Under the pieces are notes generated by a model. The model saw only the letters and a program-made list of their open reading frames with translations, searched no databases and had not been told where the DNA came from. Below are positions 8,745-17,998 of a DNA stretch of 40,817 nt, piece after piece. Positions within the stretch are counted from its first letter, which is position 1; every line of letters starts with the position of its first letter. The position numbers and the translations under genes are program-made. Where the stretch lies: positions 1-40,817 of the forward strand of contig CAYQXI010000008.1 in the NCBI GenBank assembly GCA_964421575.1, read 5' to 3'. This DNA is from an uncultured Nitrosopumilales archaeon (GTDB lineage: Archaea; Thermoproteota; Nitrososphaeria; Nitrososphaerales; JAAOZN01).

Positions 8745-10034
8745 CTACTGAGAAACCTCCTTTACGCATTCCTCCAATATATCCAAACCACTATCCAACA
8801 TTTTTTCCGATATAGTAAGTGGGGGATGCAGCCTTACAACATTAGAGTAGAGACCAGCCTTAAGCACCAACAGCCCCTTTTCTCTAGCTCTTTTAATAAC
8901 TTCGCTGGTCGCCTCACTCGCAGCTTCCTTCGTCCCTCTGTTCTTCACAAGCTCCATAGCTTGCATCACACCTAGTCCTCTCACATCACCTATAATCTCA
9001 TACCTCTCTTTCATCTCTTGAAGCCGCTTTTTCATCTTCTCCCCTAAAGCAGCTGCTCTGTCAGGTATTCTGTCCCTTAACATTATGTCTATTACCTTAA
9101 TTGCTGCAGCGCAAGCAACAGGGTTTCCTCCGTAAGTCCCGCCTATTGAACCAGGGACGACCTTACTCATTATATCCTTTCTTCCTATTACCCCAGAAAG
9201 TGGGAGACCATTCGCAATGGCCTTGCCTACAGTCATCAGGTCTGGCTCTACTCCATAATGTTCGCTGCAGAACATTTTCCCGGTTCTTCCGAATCCAGTC
9301 TGAATCTCATCGACTATCAGTAGGATACCGTTATCTTCACATAACTTCTTCAATTCTTTCAAATAATCGATCGGAGCTGGTATGAAGCCTCCCTCGCCTT
9401 GTATAGGCTCTATTATAAAAGCGGCAACCCTATTAGGCGGAACCCGCGTACGGAAGAAGAATTCCTTTACATAATCTAAGCACGCTAAACCACAACTACC
9501 GTATTCTTGCTTAAAGGGGCAACGGTAGCAGTAGGGAAAAGGCACCAACTCTATCCCAGTATTAAATGGTTCAAAACTTATCTTATAGGGTTCGTACTTT
9601 CCTGTAAGTGTAACAGCAAGATAAGTCCTCCCGTGGAAAGAGTTTTCATATGCTACTATATATGGCCTACCGACCTGTTGTCTGGCAATCTTTATCGCAT
9701 TCTCTACGGCTTCAGCACCGCTGTTAGCCAAAAAGACCTGCTTTTCAGACTTGCCAACAGAGATCTTGACCAATTTCTCCGCTAACTCGACATAGGGTTG
9801 ATAGTTTGTAACCATAAAGCAAGTATGCCAGAGCTTCTCTAGCTGAATTTTTACCGCCTCAACAAGTTCTGGATTCACATGACCTAAATTAGTTACACCT
9901 ATGCCGCTCGTAAAATCTAGATATCTTTTACCGGTTGTATCAACAAGAAATTCGTTTTCACCTCTTTCGATCGTTATCGGATGGAGTAGAGATAACCCCT
10001 TACTAACCCACATCTCTCTACTTTCAAGAGACAT
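8745..10034 (-). CDS. Class-III PLP-dependent aminotransferase (4-aminobutyrate / acetylornithine / omega-amino acid type)
   Basis: LIVDEIQTGFGRTGKMFCSEHYGVEPDLMTVGKAIANGLPLS, with the PLP-lysine in TVGK; N-terminal GIGVTNLGH. The substrate cannot be decided by eye. Confidence 0.88.
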   Translation of the reverse strand: MSLESREMWVSKGLSLLHPITIERGENEFLVDTTGKRYLDFTSGIGVTNLGHVNPELVEAVKIQLEKLWHTCFMVTNYQPYVELAEKLVKISVGKSEKQVFLANSGAEAVENAIKIARQQVGRPYIVAYENSFHGRTYLAVTLTGKYEPYKISFEPFNTGIELVPFPYCYRCPFKQEYGSCGLACLDYVKEFFFRTRVPPNRVAAFIIEPIQGEGGFIPAPIDYLKELKKLCEDNGILLIVDEIQTGFGRTGKMFCSEHYGVEPDLMTVGKAIANGLPLSGVIGRKDIMSKVVPGSIGGTYGGNPVACAAAIKVIDIMLRDRIPDRAAALGEKMKKRLQEMKERYEIIGDVRGLGVMQAMELVKNRGTKEAASEATSEVIKRAREKGLLVLKAGLYSNVVRLHPPLTISEKMLDSGLDILEECVKEVSQ

Positions 10035-10613
10035 TTCGCTTCCCCCAACTTTATTTGGATTTCCACTATTTTACTTTTGCGGAGAAAAATAACAGCTTTA
10101 GTCTAAAAGCCTTTGTTGATATAATATAACAACGAACGGAGATAACTGATAAGGCGGTCATAAGCTTTTAGCACACAATTCACTTTCTTGCAAGGTTATC
10201 GCGTAATTAGAAACTTTGAATGGTTTGGTAGTCTGTGCCCTAATCTCCAGACTGGCTTCGTAGACGAGATAAATGTTAGTAAGAACCTCCTTCTACGCGT
10301 GGTTTGAAAGAGAGTTAGGCGCTTCATGAATCGAAAGTTTCCATCGAGGAGGAGGGTTGCTTCAATTTACATTGATTAGTCCTTATGGAGAGAAGTTTGA
10401 AGTTGTGGCTAGAAACCAGAGGTTAGAGGCAATGCGAGAGGTAGAAGAAGGTTCACTTTTGTCTCAGACTTTAAATTACCACTACTCATAATGGTTAAGG
10501 TATATGGTGCTCCCGATACTTGATGCTTTGTGCATCTCAGCCTATTTAGGACTTCTTTTATCCTATCACCAGCATTTGACCTTATTTCTACCTATGCTTT
10601 TTGAGTCTGAATC

Positions 10614-10654
10614 TTGTCTCAGGGTTGTCTTTGCTGGGTTAAGACAGAAGACAA
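10614..10654. repeat. Nested inverted repeat TTGTCT-N5-TTGTCTT-N9-AAGACAG-AAGACAA
   Basis: TTGTCT at 10614-10619 and 10625-10630; AAGACA at 10641-10646 and AAGACAA at 10648-10654. It can fold as a two-stem hairpin (6 + 6-7 bp) or act as four half-sites, about 140-180 bp upstream of the biotin-island start. Confidence 0.5.
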
Positions 10655-10793
10655 TAACCAATTGAATTAGCCCGACAAAAACCTTACATAATAAGACAGA
10701 TTTCGCGCCACACCCTCAAAAATACGAGAAAAGCAAAGCTTTTAAAGGTTAAAGATACACCTTTAGGTATAAAATCAAAGGTGGGAGGTAGAC

Positions 10794-11786
10794 GTGAGTA
10801 AATACAACCCCGTTATCGACATACTACCCCCAAAAGAGGGGGGTTGGCAGAAAAAAATCATTTTCAGAGTTGCTGGAGATGGATGGTTGCAAGTGGAGTA
10901 TGGTGAGGAACAGGTTTTTGACCTCTTAGACACTTTTCGCCTATTTGCAATTATGGACAGGCTTGCGAAGAAGCAGATACCAGGGCTGATCGAATACGGT
11001 AATGGCTTCAGAACGATGATGTATAGATACGATCCGACAAAGATATCGCTTCGTGAGCTATTAAAATACATCAAAGAAGTCGAAGAGGAGGTGGGTGGCA
11101 TCGAAGAGCTTTCTTTCCCATCACGATTAGTAAAGTTACCGATAGTCTTCAAAGATAGTGTCACACGGGCCGCGATTGAAAAGTATGTGAGAGAAATCAG
11201 GCCGAACGCACCAAACGTCGTAAATGGTCATAACTTTGATTACACTGCTATGTATAACGGTCTCTCTCCTGAGGAGCTTAAAGAGAAAATCTTGGGAACA
11301 GAATGGTTCCTCTGCCATCAGCTCTTTTGGCCAGGTGGGACGTATCAATTGCCGATTGACCCAAGATGTGCTATAGAAGCTCCAAAGTATAACCCATCAA
11401 GAACATACACCCCTGAAGGGACTGTCGGTGTCGGAGGATGGTGTATCTATATTTACACGACAGAGTCTCCGGGTGGATATCAACTCCTTGGACGAACTAT
11501 ACCAACATACCAATTGTCGCAAAAACATCCCGCTTTCAAGGAAAAGCCATTCCTTCTAAAGGCATCCGATAGAATTAAATACTTTGAGACAACAGAGGAC
11601 AAATTATTGGAAATCTATAGACTTGTCCACGAAGAAGGTTCGCCGAAATACCAATATGACATAACGGAGGGGACTTTCCGCGTAAAAGATTATATTGATT
11701 TCATAAATAGGGAGGATGTGAAGAGAGAGGTCAAGGAATTTGAAAGAAGGAAAATGGAAGCGCAAAAGACCGTTCCCATACCTTAA
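10794..11786 (+). CDS. pxpB: KipI / PxpB family protein (carboxyltransferase subdomains C-D, 'allophanate hydrolase subunit 1')
   Basis: IIFRVAGDGWLQVEYGEE...GLIEYGNGFRTMMYRYDP and ...GGWCIYIYTTESPGGYQLLGRT (cyclophilin-like subdomain) match the KipI/PxpB pattern. GTG start lies 4 nt after GGTGGGAGGT. The symbol denotes the family, not a proven 5-oxoprolinase role. Confidence 0.85.
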   Translation: MSKYNPVIDILPPKEGGWQKKIIFRVAGDGWLQVEYGEEQVFDLLDTFRLFAIMDRLAKKQIPGLIEYGNGFRTMMYRYDPTKISLRELLKYIKEVEEEVGGIEELSFPSRLVKLPIVFKDSVTRAAIEKYVREIRPNAPNVVNGHNFDYTAMYNGLSPEELKEKILGTEWFLCHQLFWPGGTYQLPIDPRCAIEAPKYNPSRTYTPEGTVGVGGWCIYIYTTESPGGYQLLGRTIPTYQLSQKHPAFKEKPFLLKASDRIKYFETTEDKLLEIYRLVHEEGSPKYQYDITEGTFRVKDYIDFINREDVKREVKEFERRKMEAQKTVPIP

Positions 11787-11798
11787 GAGGTGATGTAG

Positions 11799-12830
11799 AT
11801 GCAGAGTAGTGGAATAGAATATGGGCCGTTGAAGATTAGGCAAGTAGGAATAAGGGTCTATGTTGAGGACTGGCCTGGAAGGTTAGGCTTCTATAAGTAC
11901 GGCTTCCCGGTCTCCGGAGCCGCAGACCATTATGCACATAGAATGGCAAACTTACTCGTCGGAAATCCTGTAACCGAGGCTACCCTAGAAGTGACAGGGG
12001 GATTTTTCGAGGCAGAATTTACGTTCGATACCGTCATAGCAGTGACGGGAGCTAATATGGAGCCTAAGGTAAACGATGATCCTATATTGATGTGGAAATC
12101 TGTGAGAGTTCGCGCAGGAGACGTATTAAAGCTTTCATTAAGTAAGGACGCAGGGTTTAGGGCTTACGTGGCTTTCGCTGGTGGAATCGATGTGCCGTTG
12201 TTTCTAGGTAGCAAGTCTACCTGTGTGTGGGGATCTTATGGCGGCTATAAAGGAAGATCGTTGCAAGCTGGTGACGTCTTAAATATAGGTAAGTTAAACG
12301 AAAAACAACTTGATAGCCTTGAAGGAAAGTATGTCAAGCCGAAGTTTATTCCTAATTACGAAAAGACGTGGGAAGTAGCCATGGTTCCAGGACCAACAGC
12401 GGCCCCCGACTATGTCACTGAAGAGGGAGTGGAAAAGGTGTTCTCCACAGTGTTTAATGTAGATCGCAATAGTGATAGATCTGGTTACAGACTGATAACG
12501 CCCAAGGATATCTTCCCCAAAGAGTGGGCTAGAAAAAGTGGTGGAGTAGCTGGGTTGCACCCCTCGAATATAGTAGACATGGGTTATACCATACCGGGTG
12601 GTCTAAATGTTACAGGCGACATGATAATAATTCTCGGACCTGATGGTCCTTGTGGAGGAGGTTACGTCATCTTGGGAACAGTAGCTTATGCTGATGTGTG
12701 GAAGGTGTTCCAAGCATTTCCAAGGAGAGACTTTATAAGGTTCAGATTTGCCACCCTTGACGAAGCGGAAGAGTTAAGGAGGAAGCAAGAGGCAATGTTC
12801 AACTCTAAAGAAGAAATAATTGGGGGGTGA
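11799..12830 (+). CDS. pxpC: KipA / PxpC family protein (carboxyltransferase subdomains A-B, 'allophanate hydrolase subunit 2')
   Basis: PVSGAADHYAHRMANLLVGNPVTEATLEVTGG...; ...DRSGYRL...; ...IILGPDGPCGGGY. GGTGA SD is 6 nt before the ATG. Confidence 0.85.
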   Translation: MQSSGIEYGPLKIRQVGIRVYVEDWPGRLGFYKYGFPVSGAADHYAHRMANLLVGNPVTEATLEVTGGFFEAEFTFDTVIAVTGANMEPKVNDDPILMWKSVRVRAGDVLKLSLSKDAGFRAYVAFAGGIDVPLFLGSKSTCVWGSYGGYKGRSLQAGDVLNIGKLNEKQLDSLEGKYVKPKFIPNYEKTWEVAMVPGPTAAPDYVTEEGVEKVFSTVFNVDRNSDRSGYRLITPKDIFPKEWARKSGGVAGLHPSNIVDMGYTIPGGLNVTGDMIIILGPDGPCGGGYVILGTVAYADVWKVFQAFPRRDFIRFRFATLDEAEELRRKQEAMFNSKEEIIGG

Positions 12831-12835
12831 GTTAA

Positions 12836-13597
12836 ATGAAAATCGACATAAATGTGGACGCGGGAGAAAGTTTTGGAAGATATAAACTCGGAAATGACGA
12901 GGAAGTGTTGAAATACGCTACTTCTGTAAACAGTGCAACAGGCTTCCACGCAGGTGATCCCAGCGTACTTTGGACTACCATCAAAATCGCTAAAAAATAC
13001 GGCATAGCGGTAGGGGCTCATCCAGGACTGCAAGATCTGAGAGGCTTTGGCAGAAGAAGGATACTCGTTGACCCAGAAGAACTAAAAGCGGATTTGATCT
13101 ACCAGCTAGGGGCTATCGATGGCTTTCTTAAAGTGGAGCAACTGAAACTCCAACATGTAAAACCCCACGGCGCGTTATATGTCATGGCGGAGACCGACGA
13201 AGCTTACGCATCAGCTGTGATAGATGCGGTGAAGGCTTATAACCCGGACCTCATCATTATTACAGAGAGGAATACACTCCTCTGGAACAAATGCAAAGCC
13301 GAGGGAATAAGGGTTGCAAGTGAAGTGTTCGTCGACTTAAAGTATGATGCGCAAGGGAAGATAATAATTGAAAGAGCTAAACAGCCGTGGGATCCAAACG
13401 TCGTTCTAAGACGTGCACTTATGGCGGTAAAGGAGGGGAAGATAGATACCGTTGATGGTAAGTTCATAGAAGTTAAAGCAGATACAATCTGCATACACGG
13501 AGATGCCCCCAACGCGGTTGATGTGATCAAAACTCTGAGAGAGGGGCTTCAGAGAGAAGGGGTAGAAGTGGTGAGGTTATCAGAGATAATTAGGTGA
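12836..13597 (+). CDS. pxpA: LamB/YcsF family lactamase-like protein (PxpA family)
   Basis: MKIDINVDAGESFGRYKLGNDEEVL...SATGFHAGDPSVL...GAHPGLQDLRGFGRR is the LamB/YcsF signature. GGTGA SD is 5 nt before the ATG. Confidence 0.9.
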   Translation: MKIDINVDAGESFGRYKLGNDEEVLKYATSVNSATGFHAGDPSVLWTTIKIAKKYGIAVGAHPGLQDLRGFGRRRILVDPEELKADLIYQLGAIDGFLKVEQLKLQHVKPHGALYVMAETDEAYASAVIDAVKAYNPDLIIITERNTLLWNKCKAEGIRVASEVFVDLKYDAQGKIIIERAKQPWDPNVVLRRALMAVKEGKIDTVDGKFIEVKADTICIHGDAPNAVDVIKTLREGLQREGVEVVRLSEIIR

Positions 13598-13605
13598 GGC
13601 GCTGC

Positions 13606-13818
13606 ATGAAAGTCATAACCGCTCCATTACCCGGCTTAGTGGCTCGCGTTTTAGTGAAGCCTGGAGACAATGTTAAAAATGGTGAAGTAGTAGTAGTGTT
13701 AAACGTTATGAAGACGGAAGTTAATGTGCAAGCAACAGATGAAGGAGTAGTTAATGAGGTCCATGTAAAAGAGTGGGATGAAGTGGATGTAGGCACTCCA
13801 TTAGTGTCCTTATATTAA
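13606..13818 (+). CDS. Stand-alone biotinyl/lipoyl-attachment domain (minimal biotin carboxyl carrier protein, 70 aa)
   Basis: MKVITAPLPGLVARVLVKPGDNVKNGEVVVVLNVMKTEVNVQATDEGVV...V..GTPL has the hammerhead-domain pattern with the candidate biotinyl-lysine in VMKTE. Start set to ATG 13606 (GGTGA 8 nt upstream, overlapping the pxpA stop) rather than GTG 13594. Confidence 0.8.
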   Translation: MKVITAPLPGLVARVLVKPGDNVKNGEVVVVLNVMKTEVNVQATDEGVVNEVHVKEWDEVDVGTPLVSLY

Positions 13819-13852
13819 CTACTACGTGCTCGTGTAGTCAAGGTGATCTTCT

Positions 13853-15211
13853 ATCGAGATAAAAAAACTGCTTATCGCAAATCGAGGAGAAATAGCAGTT
13901 CGCATAATCAGAACGTGCAGAAAGCTGGGCATAAAGACTGTTGCCGTTTATTCTGATGCAGATGCTAATGCTCTTCATGTTAAATTAGCTGATGAAGCCT
14001 TTCACATAGGCCGTTCTCCGCCTCCCTTCAGTTATTTGAACGTGGAGAAAATATGTGAAGTCGTGACGAAATCTAATGCAGACGCAGTTCATCCAGGTTA
14101 CGGGTTTCTTGCCGAAAATGCTTCGTTTGCGGAAGCTGTCGAAAAATTGGGAGTTATTTGGGTAGGTCCTCCTGCGAAAGTGATGAAAAAGATTGAATCA
14201 AAGTGTTTCTGCCGAATGATGGCAAGGGAGGCAGGAGTTCCTATTATACCCGGTTCTCTTGAACCTATAGATGAAAACGGGGCTAGAGAATACCTTGAGA
14301 GATTTGGTCGCATCCTCGTTAAAGCAGATCTGGGAGGCGGCGGAAAAGGGATGAAAATTGTTCGATCACAAGACGAGCTTCAGAGCGTCTATGAATCGGC
14401 ACAGAGGGAAGCGAGCGTAGCCTTTGGGAGACCTTACCTCTATGTCGAGAGGGTACTGGAAAGACCGAGGCATATTGAGGTTCAGATATTAGCTGACAAA
14501 TACGGTAATATAGTGTCTTTAGGGGAGAGGGAGTGTTCCATCCAACGAAGATACCAAAAGATTATTGAGGAGACACCTTCCCCGGTTGTAGATGAAAAGA
14601 CTAGGAAGTACGTTTCAGAACTTGCTATTAAAGTGATGGAGAAGTGCGACTATGTAAATGCTGGCACAGTAGAATTCCTCCGTGATAACGATGGTAACTT
14701 CTACTTCCTTGAAATTAACAAAAGGATTCAAGTAGAGCATCCTGTGACGGAGTGTGTGACTGGTGTAGATTTGATAGAACAACAACTCAAGATAGCCTCA
14801 GGAGAGCCTCTAGAGCTACGCTCGGTCTATAAACTGAATGGACACTCCATGGAATGCAGAATATACGCCGAAGATCCCATGACCTTTCTTCCGTCTCCAG
14901 GGAAAATACTTAGGGTTAAGCTTCCTGAGGGTGAAGGTATAAGAGTAGATCACGCGCTTGAAGATGGAACATACGTTCCTCCATTCTATGATCCATTAAT
15001 TGCTAAGGTTATTGTTCATACGGAAAAACGAGAAGATTCGATTCGCTTGATGAAGAAAGCTTTGCAAGATTTCGAGATAGAAGGAATAAAAACATCGATT
15101 CCATTTCTGTTAAATATACTGGATATCGAGGAATTCCAAAAAGGCGATGTTTACACACAACTTGTCGATCAGCTACAAGAGCTAAAAGATGTATCCAAGA
15201 TAAAAGTCTAG
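13853..15211 (+). CDS. accC: Biotin carboxylase (ATP-grasp), with non-canonical or frameshifted 5' end
   Basis: KKLLIANRGEIAVRIIRTCRKLGIKTVAVYSDAD..., GYGFLAENASFA, GGGGKGMKIV, RHIEVQILAD, EINKRIQVEHPVTE. The track's TTG 14036 would truncate the N-domain. The frame is open back to 13847 but has no ATG/GTG/TTG there. ATC 13853 lies 6 nt after GGTGA (see findings). Confidence 0.85.
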   Translation: MEIKKLLIANRGEIAVRIIRTCRKLGIKTVAVYSDADANALHVKLADEAFHIGRSPPPFSYLNVEKICEVVTKSNADAVHPGYGFLAENASFAEAVEKLGVIWVGPPAKVMKKIESKCFCRMMAREAGVPIIPGSLEPIDENGAREYLERFGRILVKADLGGGGKGMKIVRSQDELQSVYESAQREASVAFGRPYLYVERVLERPRHIEVQILADKYGNIVSLGERECSIQRRYQKIIEETPSPVVDEKTRKYVSELAIKVMEKCDYVNAGTVEFLRDNDGNFYFLEINKRIQVEHPVTECVTGVDLIEQQLKIASGEPLELRSVYKLNGHSMECRIYAEDPMTFLPSPGKILRVKLPEGEGIRVDHALEDGTYVPPFYDPLIAKVIVHTEKREDSIRLMKKALQDFEIEGIKTSIPFLLNILDIEEFQKGDVYTQLVDQLQELKDVSKIKV

Positions 15212-15324
15212 TTGTAGCGAGTTTCCTTTTTAAGATAGCCTTAAGAACTTTTAAACAAAACATTTTAGATGATAATTTTAAATACAGGCTGAAGAAGGAT
15301 ACTACTCCTTAGAGGGCTTAGTGA

Positions 15325-15960
15325 ATGTATGTGAGGCTTGTGATGTGCGCTACTATAGCTGTTCTAGCCGGTATCTTGGCTCAACTGAGCTTCTGGATCG
15401 GACCAATTCCTTATACGTTCCAGAACACTAGCGTTGTTTTAGCAGGGCTCCTCCTAGATGCTCCACATGCCTTTCTTTCGATGGTTCTCTATGTGCTTTT
15501 TGTAGCCCTTGGACTTCCGATGGCAGCTGGGTTTAGGGGCGGAATTTATGTTATTCTAGGCCCTACAGGAGGTTATATCCTTGGATTCATGCTTTCTGCT
15601 CCACTAATGAGCTTGCTAAGAAGGTGGTACCTAAGGTTAAGGGGCAGAAAGCTGGATGAGCTTGGGCTTGCTGACTACCTAGCTCTCCTTCCACTCTCCT
15701 TAATAGCTGTCCTCCCAACTTATGTACTAGGCTTCCTCGTATTCTCATATCACGCTCTTGGCAATGAGCAATTCTTTTCTTGGGCTCAAAATGTGGTAAG
15801 TTCGATAGGGGGAAATGTAAGCGACAGGCTTCTTATACCATTTATTGCTGGTGTGCTCGTGTTCGTGCCCCAGGACCTTTTAATGGATCACGTTATAGCG
15901 CTCGCCTTAGCTAAATACATTTATAAGATTGCGGCGTACAAAGGACTTAAACTGAATTGA
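15325..15960 (+). CDS. bioY: BioY biotin-specific S component of an ECF transporter
   Basis: GPIPYTFQNTSVVLAGLLLDAPHAF...GLPMAAGFRGGIYVILGPTGGYILGFMLSAPLMS matches the BioY core (P.T.Q...v.l.G.llG; GPTGGYL.GF). Confidence 0.88.
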   Translation: MYVRLVMCATIAVLAGILAQLSFWIGPIPYTFQNTSVVLAGLLLDAPHAFLSMVLYVLFVALGLPMAAGFRGGIYVILGPTGGYILGFMLSAPLMSLLRRWYLRLRGRKLDELGLADYLALLPLSLIAVLPTYVLGFLVFSYHALGNEQFFSWAQNVVSSIGGNVSDRLLIPFIAGVLVFVPQDLLMDHVIALALAKYIYKIAAYKGLKLN

Positions 15961-17204
15961 ACGCTATTAACGTTAGCGGACTAAGCGTTTCGATAGACAG
16001 TAATATGGTATTAAAGGAGTTTTCCTTTTCAGTAAGGGAAGGCGAGGTAGCACTTGTCACTGGACCTTCCGGCTCTGGTAAGACCACTCTATTGAAGGTG
16101 TTATCAGGTATTATTCCCAACATATACACGAATTTTTCAATAACAGGTTCTGTAAGGGTCTTTGACCTAAGCCCTTGGCAAGCTACTGAAAAGGGGCTCG
16201 TGGCTTACGTTCCTCAAGACATCTACACCTTTTTCTTAGGCTCAAGAGTCTGCGAGGAGCTGGAGCTTCTGAGGCTTCCACCGAATGGCTTTGTACACCA
16301 CTGTGACAAGTTTTTGGAGGAACTCTCAGATGGAATGCTCTATAAATTCCTCACTTACACAGTTACAAATAGTAGTGCCAAGCTACTTCTGCTTGATGAG
16401 CCAGCCTCGCACCTGGATATGGAGACCCTAACTAATGTGCTGGAATTACTAAGGGCTACTGCTCAAGAAAAAAGAATCACGGTTGTTGTCGCTGACCATA
16501 ACATTGAGGGGGTGATGGGCTATTTTGATGCGATTATTGAGCTTGATAAGGAGGTAGAGAGACACAAGAATTTTGATACATTTACGCCTAGAGGCTTTAA
16601 GGAGTACGGTGTGCAGGAATTCAATGCTTATGCCACTAACCTGAAAATAAACCTTGGCAGAAGAACGCTGTTTAAGAGGCTAAACTTTGCTGTTAGTAAG
16701 GGAGGCGTGTTTGGAGTCTTTGGAAGGAATGGTACAGGTAAAACGACGCTTTTGAAGGTGTTGGCTGGTCTCATTCCTTACGAGTCTGGGGAGCTGCATG
16801 TTGAAAAGCCTATATTCTACATTCCGCAGAAACCCCTGTATTGGTTTTCCACCGGCTCTGTCCGTGAAGAGCTTTCCCTTTACCTGAAGTTATTTGGTAG
16901 AAGGTTAAAGGAGGAGGATGTGCTGGGAATGTTCATTCTACAGCACTTAGCAGATAGAAATCCCTATACGCTTAGCGTCGGAGAGGCAAGAAGACTTGCG
17001 ATGGCTCTTGCTTATATCGCCAGCCCCAAGCTCCTTTTGTTTGATGAACCGTTTCTTGGGCTTGACAGAGAATCTGAGGAAGTTTTCGCAGAGCTTCTCG
17101 AAAGCGTTAAGGAAGGATATGGCTCAGTTATCGTTGCTTCTCATAACAGAATACTTGCAAAATATGTTGATAACTACCTAGAACTCTCTCCAAGCGGCGA
17201 GTGA
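15957..17204 (+). CDS. ECF/ABC transporter ATPase with two fused nucleotide-binding domains (EcfA-EcfA' / BioM-like)
   Basis: Two Walker A motifs (GPSGSGKTT, GRNGTGKTT), two Walker B motifs (LLLLDEPASHLD, LLLFDEPFLGLD), signatures LSDGM and LSVGE, and H-loops ADHN/ASHN. TTG start overlaps the bioY stop. Confidence 0.88.
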   Translation: MNAINVSGLSVSIDSNMVLKEFSFSVREGEVALVTGPSGSGKTTLLKVLSGIIPNIYTNFSITGSVRVFDLSPWQATEKGLVAYVPQDIYTFFLGSRVCEELELLRLPPNGFVHHCDKFLEELSDGMLYKFLTYTVTNSSAKLLLLDEPASHLDMETLTNVLELLRATAQEKRITVVVADHNIEGVMGYFDAIIELDKEVERHKNFDTFTPRGFKEYGVQEFNAYATNLKINLGRRTLFKRLNFAVSKGGVFGVFGRNGTGKTTLLKVLAGLIPYESGELHVEKPIFYIPQKPLYWFSTGSVREELSLYLKLFGRRLKEEDVLGMFILQHLADRNPYTLSVGEARRLAMALAYIASPKLLLFDEPFLGLDRESEEVFAELLESVKEGYGSVIVASHNRILAKYVDNYLELSPSGE

Positions 17205-17210
17205 ATCTCT

Positions 17211-17825
17211 TTGATTAGCCTCTCAAGGTTCTTAAAGGAGCGCCGTAGAAGGATTACTTTTAAGGTATCGCTAGCTCTCTTGCTCACCACATCCCTATTA
17301 GCATTTCTTACACCAGCTAACCTATTACCATTACTTGCTATAGGGGTAACAATTGTGTTCATTTATGTTGCAGGTTTTGAGCAATTAGTACCACTTACAA
17401 AGTACTTCTTGTTGTTTATAATACCTCTGTCAATAGCCTCTATACTTCTTCAAGTAATTGTTGGTGCTATTGATTTTGCATTGATTGTGACTAATTTCAC
17501 TAAAATTTACATACTATACACGGCTTCATTAATCGCGATGAAGAGTTTTTCATCAATAGAGCTCGTATCCTTTTTTCGAAAACTGAAATTTAAACCCTTA
17601 ATAGCAGTACTTTTAGCATTAAAGCTCACATACTACTCTGCTTCAATATTCACGGACTTGGTAAGTGTTTACAAAGTTAATGTGGGGTACCTTGGCAAAA
17701 AAGGTTTTTTATGTAGAGTTATGTTGCTTGTGATGCAGATAAAAGCTTTTGTCCAGCTCTTTACAGTTAAGGCTCTTGAGGTGGGGGAGGCTATGTACAC
17801 CAGATACAAGAAGTTTGTCGGGTGA
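17211..17825 (+). CDS. ecfT: ECF transporter transmembrane T component (EcfT / CbiQ / BioN-like)
   Basis: 204-aa polytopic membrane protein immediately after the ECF ATPase (6-nt gap). The assignment relies mostly on position and hydrophobicity. It is shorter than typical EcfT. Confidence 0.65.
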   Translation: MISLSRFLKERRRRITFKVSLALLLTTSLLAFLTPANLLPLLAIGVTIVFIYVAGFEQLVPLTKYFLLFIIPLSIASILLQVIVGAIDFALIVTNFTKIYILYTASLIAMKSFSSIELVSFFRKLKFKPLIAVLLALKLTYYSASIFTDLVSVYKVNVGYLGKKGFLCRVMLLVMQIKAFVQLFTVKALEVGEAMYTRYKKFVG

Positions 17826-17998
17826 GATTTCTTGATTGAAGATCTGGCGGGAAGCGTTTTAGAAATGTTACTCAACAGCCGAGGTTCCGTCGGCGGAATT
17901 GAGTTAACAAGACTCCAATGGATTTCTGGGGCAAAGATAAATAGGGTAGGTAGAGGTGTAATCTTAGGCTGGGTTATGGGATAGTCCATTACAACGAT

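Noticed and set aside
10504-10665. 53-aa ORF (MVLPILDALCISAYLGLLLSYHQHL...) inside the long intergenic region
   Set aside because: No convincing SD or TATA spacing, it overlaps the inverted-repeat cluster, and it has no recognisable family. Kept only as a possibility under the intergenic-region finding.
12686-13033. 115-aa reverse-strand ORF spanning the pxpC/pxpA junction
   Set aside because: It is antisense to two strongly supported genes, and its S/F/C-rich composition is typical of shadow ORFs.
14036-15211. The ORF track's TTG 14036 start for the biotin carboxylase
   Set aside because: It would delete the conserved KKLLIANRGEIAVRIIR...AVYSDAD N-domain, which is clearly encoded in frame upstream.
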